Shown: positions 55,836 through 64,000 of the stretch, piece after piece
Position numbering within the stretch: the first letter of the stretch is position 1
Layout of the letters: each line of letters opens with the position of its first letter
NCBI GenBank assembly: GCA_020057405.1
Contig: JAGVFW010000011.1
Location: 36,344 to 100,343 of the forward strand
Length of the DNA stretch: 64,000 nt
Direction: 5' to 3'
Source: an archaeon
GTDB lineage: Archaea; Micrarchaeota; Micrarchaeia; Norongarragalinales; UBA97
Notes under the pieces: model-generated
Told to the model about the DNA's origin: nothing
The model's database searches: none
Seen by the model: only the letters and a program-made list of their open reading frames with translations
Translations under genes and position numbers: made by a program

Positions 55836-56231
55836 CTAGCGCCGGTGGTAACGGCTGTGCGCAGTAGGCGGGGCCGGGATTCGGAACTTGGCGCGCGGGC
55901 CCTTGCGCTTTAAGTCAGTGAATTGTGCCTCGAACGCGCTCTCGCGGCGCTCGATGTAATAGCGGGAGATGTTAGTCATTAGCAACAAGACCGTGCCAAC
56001 GCCGATGAGTGCGTAGAAGATGAGGAAGATTTTGGTGTAGTCGTGGTGTGGCGTGATGTCGCCGTAGCCGATGGTAGTCAGCGTGATTGTCGCTAGGTAG
56101 AACGAGTCGAGCCACGAGAGGTTCTCAAGAGTATGAAAGACGGTTGCGCCGACGGCTAGCAGCAAAACGATGACTAACAGCGAATAGGCTATTCGCGTGA
56201 AATTCTTGCTCTCGTCATAAATCGGGGCCAC
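55836..56231 (-). CDS. Two-TM potassium channel (KcsA-like)
   Basis: Selectivity filter TTIGYGD between two TM helices. Confidence 0.92.
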   Translation of the reverse strand: MAPIYDESKNFTRIAYSLLVIVLLLAVGATVFHTLENLSWLDSFYLATITLTTIGYGDITPHHDYTKIFLIFYALIGVGTVLLLMTNISRYYIERRESAFEAQFTDLKRKGPRAKFRIPAPPTAHSRYHRR

Positions 56232-56268
56232 AGCACAAGAATTAGCAAAAACTGCTTTTAAAGCGCAA

Positions 56269-57480
56269 TCATTCGAACATCAGCGTCTTCTCAACGGCCT
56301 TCTTCACTTTAGCCGCAGTGTAGGAAAGCTTTATGAGGGTCGTGTGGCCGCGCACGCCCTTGCCGCTTGAAACCATGTTTACTAAGCCAAGCATCTCAAG
56401 CTCGTTTAGGTACTCGCGGTACCAGCGTGAGGTGCGCGGAACGTGGCCCAAGCGCTTTGCAAGTGACGCGTAACGCTCGTAAACTTCGCCGCTAAAGTAA
56501 AGCTTGTCGCCGCCGTCCTCAACGAGGCGCTTGTACTGCACGTCCTCGCTTAGGCCCGCCAGGCTGTAGAGCAAAAGCTGCTGGTGCTGGGGGAGGGTCG
56601 AGATGACTTCGAAGGCCTTGTCCTCGTCGGCAAGCTTTCGCGCCTCCTCTACGTCCTTGTCGCTGATGCGCCGAGAGCCGTCCGGCCGGCTTTCGACGAG
56701 TTCGCCCGCGCGCAGGAGCAGCAAAAACGCGTAGCGCGCGTCGCCGTTCTCACCAGCCGCAATGGCGCTCGCTAGGTTGATTGCGTTCTCCTCGATGATG
56801 CCCTTTTCAAACGCCGACTGCGCGCGCTGGCCGAGAATTCCTTTGAGCTGCACCGCGTTATAGGGCTGGAAAACTATTTCCTCCTCGCAAAGCGCGCTCT
56901 TGCTGCGTGGGTCGAGCTTTTGCTTGAAGTTGACTTTATTGCTGATGCCGATGAGACTCACGCTACCGCCGGTTAAGTCGTCGTTGGCGCGCACTAGAGT
57001 GTAGACTAAAGAGTCAAGGTCACTGACCATGTCAATCTCGTCAAGGATGACGACTAGGTGGCGGCCCTTCAGGTCGCTTTTCGAGTTTTCAATCCAGTCG
57101 AGCATTTCCTCGTAGAGGATTGAGAAGCTGTGGCCCGTTTTTGCAAAGTGGGGCTTGAATTCGGTGATGACTTTTTGCAGCACCTTGTAGCGCGTGTCGT
57201 AAACGCGGCAGTTCATGTAGACGGTGAATACGCGGGGGTCGGCTTTTTCCTTCAGCTTCGAGAGGACCTGCTTGACGCTGCAGGTCTTGCCCGTGCCGGT
57301 AAGCCCGTAGATGAACAAGTTCTTGGCTTTCATGCCCTGGAGGACGGGGGCGATGGCGAGCATGATTTTGCGGATTTCATCTTCGCGGTAAAGCAGGATT
57401 TCGGGCACGTAGTGCGGCGAGAGGACGCTCTTGTCAAGAAAAACGCCTTTCCCGGCTAATATTTCATCAAAACTTGGCAA
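56269..57480 (-). CDS. cdc6: Orc1/Cdc6 replication initiation protein
   Basis: YGLTGTGKT, NC, ILDEID, FQPYNA.QL, GDAR, C-terminal winged helix with G.RG.T. Confidence 0.95.
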   Translation of the reverse strand: MPSFDEILAGKGVFLDKSVLSPHYVPEILLYREDEIRKIMLAIAPVLQGMKAKNLFIYGLTGTGKTCSVKQVLSKLKEKADPRVFTVYMNCRVYDTRYKVLQKVITEFKPHFAKTGHSFSILYEEMLDWIENSKSDLKGRHLVVILDEIDMVSDLDSLVYTLVRANDDLTGGSVSLIGISNKVNFKQKLDPRSKSALCEEEIVFQPYNAVQLKGILGQRAQSAFEKGIIEENAINLASAIAAGENGDARYAFLLLLRAGELVESRPDGSRRISDKDVEEARKLADEDKAFEVISTLPQHQQLLLYSLAGLSEDVQYKRLVEDGGDKLYFSGEVYERYASLAKRLGHVPRTSRWYREYLNELEMLGLVNMVSSGKGVRGHTTLIKLSYTAAKVKKAVEKTLMFE

Positions 57481-57595
57481 CTCTCACAATCCCCCGTCTA
57501 ACTAGTAGCCTGCATGCAATAAATAACTTCGGCAAACAAAGGCTTTTTAAGCTCGCTGACCCGTATTTCTGTTATTCACCAAAGGGGTGCGAAAT

Positions 57596-57958
57596 ATGGG
57601 TATTTTCCAGAATCTCAGCAAGGCTTTCGGATCGACAAAAGAGCTAGACGTTGACGCTTTCATGAGCGCAGCAGAGGCAGAACAGGTTGACGTCATGCAC
57701 GTCGAGGCAGACTCTTACGTCAAGCCAATCACGCTTCAAGTCGACGGCGACATCAAACTCGTTGAGGAAGAGCTGAAAACCGGCAACATCGTTTTGCTCA
57801 ACATCGCCTCATACGCGCGGAATCCAGCGAAGCTAAAGACCGCGGTAATGGCCCTAAGGCACTTCGTCACGACAGTCAACGGCGACCTCGCCAGAATCGA
57901 CGAGGACAAGATTTTGCTCACTCCGGGCAAAGTCAAGATTGTCAAGAAGCGCAAGTAA
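57596..57958 (+). CDS. sepF: Cell division protein SepF
   Basis: GNIVLLNI, GDLARI..DKILLTP..VKI. Confidence 0.85.
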   Translation: MGIFQNLSKAFGSTKELDVDAFMSAAEAEQVDVMHVEADSYVKPITLQVDGDIKLVEEELKTGNIVLLNIASYARNPAKLKTAVMALRHFVTTVNGDLARIDEDKILLTPGKVKIVKKRK

Positions 57959-58058
57959 GTGCGTGCGCTCTTCAATTGAAAGGATTAGCGCGAGCCGGTG
58001 GAAACAAAAGGCTCGAAAACCATTAAAAACAGCCCCGCAGCTAGTTAATGCGATTGCA

Positions 58059-59105
58059 GTGATTCTTGACGCGCCAACTTTCGAACTCGTGCTCACCCCA
58101 GAGGCTGCCCTAGGCATCATCCAAAAGGAAATCAACCGCAAGCACTGGGCCAAGTGGGAAGTCGAGGACATCCGCCTAGTCTACACGCCGTACTGGATAT
58201 TCAGCTTCGACGTCACTGCAGAAGGAAGCCAGCCATCGGGCAGGGTGGCGCTAAACGCGACCACTGGTGAAGTCGACGAGTTCGTGCCCCAACTGCTTGA
58301 CAGGCCGTTTAAGAAAGCGCGACAGACCGACCCAAAAAGCCCGAAAGCCGAAGTTGAGTCCACCAACATTAGCAGAAAAGAAGTCGAGGCGGTCGCACCC
58401 GCAAAAGTCGCCGCTGCCGTTGGCCTGAAAAAAGACACGATAACCGTAAGCGCGATTGCCAAATACTACGTGCCGTTCTTTCGAGTGTGGGCAACCGTGC
58501 CTGCAGAGACGGGCGACAGCTACAAAATCAACGTCGACGCGCTGATGGGCGCCCCCCTTGGGAGCCAAGCGATTCCGGGCAAGGAAAAAGGCATGGAAGA
58601 GTCGACTGAAGAGACTTTCGACAAGCTGAAAAGCCCCGCGGGCTGGATGTCGTTGATTAATGACACGGGAAAGGCACTACAGCAGGGCGGCCCCGGCGGG
58701 CTATTGGCAACGCCCTTAGGCAGATGGGCAATCATGCTCGCAGTCATCCTCGTCCTCGCGTTCTTCGTGTTTAGGGCGCCGAATGTGGGGGCCGAATGCA
58801 AGCCCGCCGACGCTTACTTGAGCGCGCCCGAGTTTGTTTTCTTCGGCGACACGCACTTGGTGCCAAAACGGACGACTAAGGGCGAGTTCTACATCGAAGG
58901 CACGTGCACGTTTACCAACAACAACCGCGACCCGCAAAGCAGCTGCGTGCGCATGAACATCTTGGACGGCAAACTCCCCGTTGCAGGCAATAACACTTGC
59001 GTCTCCAACCTGGTCGCGGGCGGGATTACTGAAAAAGACTTCCGCATCCAATGGCCGGGCAAGGTACAGTCTACTTACGTGCTTGAAACGAATAAAGTAG
59101 TCTAG
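58059..59105 (+). CDS. Hypothetical single-TM protein
   Basis: Duplicated YTPYW/YVPFF motif, one TM helix, C-terminal Cys-containing domain. Confidence 0.7.
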   Translation: MILDAPTFELVLTPEAALGIIQKEINRKHWAKWEVEDIRLVYTPYWIFSFDVTAEGSQPSGRVALNATTGEVDEFVPQLLDRPFKKARQTDPKSPKAEVESTNISRKEVEAVAPAKVAAAVGLKKDTITVSAIAKYYVPFFRVWATVPAETGDSYKINVDALMGAPLGSQAIPGKEKGMEESTEETFDKLKSPAGWMSLINDTGKALQQGGPGGLLATPLGRWAIMLAVILVLAFFVFRAPNVGAECKPADAYLSAPEFVFFGDTHLVPKRTTKGEFYIEGTCTFTNNNRDPQSSCVRMNILDGKLPVAGNNTCVSNLVAGGITEKDFRIQWPGKVQSTYVLETNKVV

Positions 59106-59107
59106 GC

Positions 59108-59821
59108 TTAGCGCGTCTTTTTCGCAATCCTACGCATCGGCCCGATTGGCGCAAGCAAGGCCTGCACTTCGTCCCTAGAGGGCCGGGCGCGCTCGATGAC
59201 GTTTCTAAAGGCATTGCTGACTTTGCGCGGGTCCTGGATGCCGGACATCGAGCGGACTAGTTCCTCAAACATTTTCTCCAAGTGCAGCCGCTTTTCCCTA
59301 GAGGCCGGCCGCATGTTGCGCTTGGGAATTGCCGACGGCTTACCCGCACTCGCCATGAAAAACTCGTATGTCACAACCGCAACCGCGTGGCTCAAGTTCA
59401 GGACCGTGTGCTCGCTAAAGGCGGGGACGTAGGCGACGATGTCGCAGTGCTTGAGTTCTTCCCGGTGCAGGCCGCGGGACTCGCTGCCGAAAACAATTGC
59501 GACAGTGCCGGCATCGGCTGCCTTCTCGACGGCCTTTCGCAGGGGCACGACGTTTTTTAGCTCGCTTGAAAACCTGTCGGGGACTCCGCTTGTGCCAACG
59601 ACGAGGTCGACGCCCGCAACAGCCTCTTCGAGTGTCTTGACTTTTCGCGCTTCAGTCAGCACTTCCTCGGAGTGCTTGGCAAACTTTTTGGCCTCAAGGC
59701 CCAGCTTGCACTTGGGGTTGACGAGCCAAAGCTCCTTGCAGCCGAAGTTTTTCATGGCCCTGGCTGCAGAACCCACGTTGAGGTCGAATTCCGGCTCGAA
59801 AAGCACTATCCTAAGCTGCAT
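59108..59821 (-). CDS. trmJ: tRNA (C/U32) 2'-O-methyltransferase, TrmJ/SpoU family
   Basis: NVGSAARAMKNFG, VFGSESRGL, LNLSHAV. Confidence 0.9.
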   Translation of the reverse strand: MQLRIVLFEPEFDLNVGSAARAMKNFGCKELWLVNPKCKLGLEAKKFAKHSEEVLTEARKVKTLEEAVAGVDLVVGTSGVPDRFSSELKNVVPLRKAVEKAADAGTVAIVFGSESRGLHREELKHCDIVAYVPAFSEHTVLNLSHAVAVVTYEFFMASAGKPSAIPKRNMRPASREKRLHLEKMFEELVRSMSGIQDPRKVSNAFRNVIERARPSRDEVQALLAPIGPMRRIAKKTR

Positions 59822-59867
59822 GCGAAAAAACCTATTGCTTTTAAACAAGGCTAAGATAATTTGTGCG

Positions 59868-61142
59868 ATGAGAATTAAACCCGTTGCCTTCCTCGCGCTT
59901 TTGGCACTAGTCGGCACGGTCTTTGCCGCCCTATCAAGCGACCAGGCCCTTGACATCGTAGGGGGCAAGGGAGGGTACCTAAACGATTACGAGTCTGCCA
60001 AGCTGTTGCTTCAGACGCCGATTGAAATCAACGGCGAGCGCTACTGGGTCGCCTACGTCTACCAGACTTCCTCGCCTGATACGAAAAACCTGCAGCTTGC
60101 CGTTAGCGACAACACGGGCTTTGTCGAACGCGACCCTATTGCGCTCACTAGCGTATTCCAAATCTCCCAAAAGCTTGCGGTGATGGATCAACTAAAGCAA
60201 GGGAAAGCGTCCCTCGATGACGTCGACGCGTTTCTTTCAGACGCGCAAACGCAGCGCCAGTCAGTTGAGCAAGTCTTCTACACCAACATCCGCCAGCAGC
60301 TTGAGCCAAAGTACACGCAAGTGTCTTTCGACGAGATTGCAAACGGCCTGCAGGAAGTCAAGGACGGCCAGGACGCTTTACAAAACAACATCCGCGAAAC
60401 GCGTTCGCTAAAGGGCCAGTTCGAGCTTTACGGCACCGGCAACGACTTCGACGCCTACTTCAACGCGTTTAACACCACGCTTGGCAGCTTCAACACGCTC
60501 TCGCTAACAGTCGAGCGCTACCAGTCAAGAGTGCTTGCCAAAGTCGACGAAGTGACGAATTCCCGGGACTTGAACTTCAGCGCAAAAGAAGAGATTACAA
60601 CCGCGCTTGAGAAGACTTACGACGTGGGCGACTACAAGGGCTTCCGCACAGGCGTCGTCGAGCCCGCCCAGAGGCTGATGGCCTCACAACTGGCGCGCCA
60701 GGACACTCTAGTCGCCAACAACGTCGAGAGCACGCTATACCGCATTGCAAAGAAAAACGCAGAGAAAGCCTATAGCACGGACCTCAAAGACAGCGTCACG
60801 GCAGTCCTCGCTTCCGCCAGGGAGCCCGAGCTAAAAGTCTGCGGAATTGATGCAAGCGAACTCAAGAAAGTATGGGCGCAAGTGCGGACGGTGATGGAAA
60901 ACCCGTCAAACTCTTCGCGCGCTACCTACGATACCGTGCCCGAGCAGGCGGCCAAGGCAAGCACGCTTGCAGCCGACATCACGCAAAAGCTAAACGACTG
61001 CACGATTGCGGCAACGCCGCCACCACAACGCGCCGACTATTCGGGCCTGCTTTCAAACGCGCTCATCCTCGTAGTCGTTGCCGGACTGGGCTATTACGGC
61101 TACACGCGCTACAAGAAGTGGCGCCAAGAAAGCGATAACTAG
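59868..61142 (+). CDS. Secreted coiled-coil protein with C-terminal TM anchor
   Basis: Signal peptide, helical body, TM and RYKK tail. Confidence 0.72.
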   Translation: MRIKPVAFLALLALVGTVFAALSSDQALDIVGGKGGYLNDYESAKLLLQTPIEINGERYWVAYVYQTSSPDTKNLQLAVSDNTGFVERDPIALTSVFQISQKLAVMDQLKQGKASLDDVDAFLSDAQTQRQSVEQVFYTNIRQQLEPKYTQVSFDEIANGLQEVKDGQDALQNNIRETRSLKGQFELYGTGNDFDAYFNAFNTTLGSFNTLSLTVERYQSRVLAKVDEVTNSRDLNFSAKEEITTALEKTYDVGDYKGFRTGVVEPAQRLMASQLARQDTLVANNVESTLYRIAKKNAEKAYSTDLKDSVTAVLASAREPELKVCGIDASELKKVWAQVRTVMENPSNSSRATYDTVPEQAAKASTLAADITQKLNDCTIAATPPPQRADYSGLLSNALILVVVAGLGYYGYTRYKKWRQESDN

Positions 61143-61174
61143 CGTATAGGGCAAAAAGGCGAAAGGGAATTTTC

Positions 61175-61972
61175 GTGAGAGGATCGCAAAAGCCATCGGT
61201 TAAGGCCTCACACTCGCGGCTAATGGAAAAGGGCGTCGCCATTGACTTGTTCCAGGCGCAGGGAGCGCCTCAAGCAACGCACGCCATCGTGCTTTTGCAC
61301 GGGCTGGCCATAAGGCCTCCGGGCGCCAGAAGCCCCATTGTGCGCGAGTTGCTTCGAAAAGGATATTGCGTCGTGGCGCCCCACTACCTTGGCACGCACG
61401 ACAGCACCGGCGAGTTTTCAATACTCAATTCAGTAAGCACGGTAAAGCACGCCGTCAAGGCAGTTGGCGCAGAATTGCCCAACGTCACCGACTTTTCAAT
61501 TTTTGGCTACAGTTACGGCGGCGCCATAGCCATGGTAGCCGGAGCGCAGATTCCCGAAGTCAGGAAAATCATTTCAATTGCAGGCCCGCCCGAATGGCGG
61601 CCAATTGGCCGCGATGGAACAACAGAGGACGTACTCTACCACCTCCTCAAAGAGCGGAAAAGGCAAAAAACGCAGGTAAATCCGGGGTTTAGGATTAAAG
61701 AGGCGACTGTCGAAGAGATGGAGGAAGGCGCGCCGGGCCTCTCGCCCATCGACCACGTTGATGCGCTAAAAGACAAGGACGTGATGCTGCTACACCCGCA
61801 GCAAGACGAATACCTCCCGCCAATTGTTTCAAAGGCATTCCACGAAATCCTCTTGACAGGCAATGGCAACCACCTGATGTTTACTCTCCGCGGAGGGCAC
61901 TCGATGGCGTTTTCCGCAATAACCGGTAATGCTGCAAGGCTCAAAAGAGTCCTGGACTGGCTCAAGACGTAA
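61175..61972 (+). CDS. Alpha/beta hydrolase
   Basis: LLHG, GYSYGG nucleophile elbow, D and H of the triad. Confidence 0.85.
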   Translation: MRGSQKPSVKASHSRLMEKGVAIDLFQAQGAPQATHAIVLLHGLAIRPPGARSPIVRELLRKGYCVVAPHYLGTHDSTGEFSILNSVSTVKHAVKAVGAELPNVTDFSIFGYSYGGAIAMVAGAQIPEVRKIISIAGPPEWRPIGRDGTTEDVLYHLLKERKRQKTQVNPGFRIKEATVEEMEEGAPGLSPIDHVDALKDKDVMLLHPQQDEYLPPIVSKAFHEILLTGNGNHLMFTLRGGHSMAFSAITGNAARLKRVLDWLKT

Positions 61973-62018
61973 AAAAACAACTAGGATGGGCACCGCAAGC
62001 TTTTCGGCCCGACTTGGC

Positions 62019-62645
62019 TTAAACCAGCACTGCGCTGATTACTGCCAACTCCTCAAAAGAGAATTTCTGGCTCACGAGAATCTCGCACTTGAATCCTTCA
62101 GCCTCAAGCTTGCCCAAAGTCTCTGCGTTGCCGTTTCCCTCGCCCGCACTGTCGGCAAGAGAACTTGAGACAAGCAGCACGATGCCTCCGGCGTTAAGGT
62201 GCGCTTTCGCCTGCGGGATAAACGCGTCGGTAACGCGCCTGCCGTCGGGCCCGCCGTCAAAGGCCGCGTCAAGCCCGCCCTTGACGTGCTCCTCTTCGGA
62301 GGTTGGCAGGTAGGGCGGGTTAAAGCAAATGCAGTCGAACTTCTCGCCCCCGAGGGCGGAAAAGAGGTCGCTTTCGAGAAAAACAATTTTTCCGTCCACG
62401 CCAAGGGCCTCTGCGTTCGCCTGTGCGCACTCCAGGGCGTCAGGATTGACGTCAACCGCAGTCACTGACACAACAACGGGCTTCTGCGCAGCCGCGATTG
62501 AGGCAATGCCGCTTCCCGTGCCAATGTCAAGCACGCGACCACGGGCGAGGGAGCGCACTGCGAAAGCTAAAAGCAGGGAATCCTCGCGGGGGGCGTAGAC
62601 GCCTTCGGGAACTGAGAGAGAATCGAGTGAATTGGGAGAAACCAT
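62019..62645 (-). CDS. HemK2/N6AMT1-like protein-glutamine methyltransferase
   Basis: VYAPREDS, LDIGTGSG, NPPY, GGPDG, FSFEEL. Confidence 0.9.
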   Translation of the reverse strand: MVSPNSLDSLSVPEGVYAPREDSLLLAFAVRSLARGRVLDIGTGSGIASIAAAQKPVVVSVTAVDVNPDALECAQANAEALGVDGKIVFLESDLFSALGGEKFDCICFNPPYLPTSEEEHVKGGLDAAFDGGPDGRRVTDAFIPQAKAHLNAGGIVLLVSSSLADSAGEGNGNAETLGKLEAEGFKCEILVSQKFSFEELAVISAVLV

Positions 62646-62681
62646 TTGCCTCAAGCCTATAAACCCAAACTCCTCGTTTAA

Positions 62682-63779
62682 CTACGCTTGGCCAACGGGC
62701 GGCGCGAGGACTTCAATCACCTTTCCGCCGGATATCTTTAGGAATTCCCGCAAAGTCATTGGAGAGTCTACGCCGTGCCGGTTGTTTTGGAAAATTATTA
62801 TTTCCTTACCCTTCTTGGCAGCCGCCAGCACCACGTGCGTGTATCTCCTGTCATCGCGGTTATAGGGGCTATTTGGCATGAAGATGCCAATAAGGTTGCC
62901 GGGGCGAACGTGCCGGGACAAGCTAGAGGGAAGCGGTTCAGCGTCTGGATTAGGGTTTTCGTAAGTGACGATGTTGCGGTCTCGAAGCTGCCAAGCGTTG
63001 GCACGAACGTATCGGGGCAGGTGCTCAAACAGCGCTTGGGCTGCGCGCGTTGCGTAGCCCGAACAATTGCTCGGTTCGGACCAGCCTTCAATCAACGGAG
63101 GCAAAAGCCGGCTCAAATCGCCGTCAAGAACCCGCGAGTACGCCTCCCGGTCATCGTGGCTTCCGGTTAGGTACTCGATGCCCTCGTTGACTTTCCCCCG
63201 CCTTACTGATGCGAGAAACCCGCCAGGCTCGGTTAATCGCTTGTTGGCCAAGGCTTCCGACTCGCGCATTCGCTTCATGAAATTCGCGTCAACCCGGGCA
63301 ACAGGAAGCGGGCGTATCTTTACGGGCACATGACTCCCGAAAAACATGTGCTTGAACAATTTGGTCGCACGCTCGACATGGTAAGGCGACGTGACTACGA
63401 TGACACGCTTTGGCTTGTACTCGGGGGACATGCATTTGGCCAATTGAGCACACAAGACAGCGCTGCCAATGCTATCCAAAGAATGCGGCTCAAGAAGCAG
63501 CCTGTTGCCGGGAAAAGAATCTCCAAGCGCGGCTTGCTTTAGGGCCTCAGCTTCGCTGACGGTTGAAGAATACCGGTGGAAAGGGCGGCCACCGGAAAGC
63601 ACCATGACCGGCTCTTCCCCGCGCGAAACCAGCTCGCTATAGGCGCGCTTGGCTTCATTCCACCGCTCAGAAGCGGATTTGGAGAGCTTCCCTCGCGGAC
63701 CGACCTTGGCCCCCTGCACAATTATCCAAACCGGATTTTTGGGTACCGGCGGCTCGTTCCGGTAGACGGGTTTTAGCAT
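62682..63779 (-). CDS. DUF218 (YdcF/ElyC) domain fused to a CHAP/NlpC-P60-like domain
   Basis: LSGG, SEAE, LEPHSLDS, VVTSPYHVERA; then NCSGYA, ANAWQL, PGNLIGIF, YTHVVL, FQN. Confidence 0.75.
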   Translation of the reverse strand: MLKPVYRNEPPVPKNPVWIIVQGAKVGPRGKLSKSASERWNEAKRAYSELVSRGEEPVMVLSGGRPFHRYSSTVSEAEALKQAALGDSFPGNRLLLEPHSLDSIGSAVLCAQLAKCMSPEYKPKRVIVVTSPYHVERATKLFKHMFFGSHVPVKIRPLPVARVDANFMKRMRESEALANKRLTEPGGFLASVRRGKVNEGIEYLTGSHDDREAYSRVLDGDLSRLLPPLIEGWSEPSNCSGYATRAAQALFEHLPRYVRANAWQLRDRNIVTYENPNPDAEPLPSSLSRHVRPGNLIGIFMPNSPYNRDDRRYTHVVLAAAKKGKEIIIFQNNRHGVDSPMTLREFLKISGGKVIEVLAPPVGQA

Positions 63780-63822
63780 ATCAGCAACTATGCTGGGACT
63801 ACAACTTTAAAACGTTGGTTCA

Positions 63823-63999
63823 CTAGCGCCCGCGGCCCTTCCACTTCTTGCCGCCGCTGTGGCGGTCGAAAGACGGCTTGTGCCGGCTGGTGCCTTGGTC
63901 GTGGCCTGAGTCAAAAGTGCGGCCCTCGCGCTTCTGCGCTTTGGCGTGCTCCTGGACCGGGAAGACGACGGTTTCTTCTCCCCACTTGTAGATTTCGAA
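63823..63999 (-). CDS. C-terminal end of a gene running off the window (basic tail)
   Basis: FEIYKWGEE...GGKKWKGRGR* open to the window edge. Confidence 0.6.
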   Translation of the reverse strand, partial: FEIYKWGEETVVFPVQEHAKAQKREGRTFDSGHDQGTSRHKPSFDRHSGGKKWKGRGR

Positions 64000-64000
64000 C

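Noticed and set aside
55677-57595. Replication origin next to cdc6
   Set aside because: The flanks are short and lack ORB-like TCCA..GAAAC...GGGG repeats or an AT-rich unwinding element.
59439-59867. N-terminal extension of the 567-aa ORF
   Set aside because: It is the antisense shadow of trmJ; the signal peptide starts at 59868.
97-63776. Numerous overlapping alternative-frame ORFs in the track
   Set aside because: They are shadows of identified genes, as expected in GC-rich DNA.

Overview
Archaeal chromosomal DNA, GC-rich and gene-dense. The gene set (MCM, topoisomerase VI, aIF-1A/2beta/5A, Rio1, Sm, Cdc6, S17e), the many lipobox/Pro-Thr surface proteins and the scattered ORFans suggest a DPANN archaeon such as Micrarchaeota (inference). 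The window holds about 68 CDSs, including proS, smc, an MCM with a LAGLIDADG intein in Walker A, the aIF2beta-aIF1A-Rio1-KH-top6BA cluster, two VapBC modules, a surface-protein island after tRNA-Asn, a MacB-type ABC operon with a membrane HTH regulator, an FG-GAP protein and a DUF218-CHAP-like fusion. RNA genes are a partial tRNA (probably Ala) at the left edge, tRNA-Asn(GTT) and tRNA-Gln(TTG) with two non-canonical BHB introns. The most unusual locus is 10.4-12.0 kb. It has a non-canonical tRNA-like RNA (7-bp acceptor plus 6-bp T stem, long variable arm, C33, ACC 'anticodon') preceded by two degenerate copies of its D/anticodon half. Its anticodon arm is complementary to the ribosome-binding site of the next gene. 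It is followed by a 39-aa micro-ORF, a DUF736-like small protein and a VapBC toxin-antitoxin pair. All family calls come from reading motifs by eye; no searches were run.
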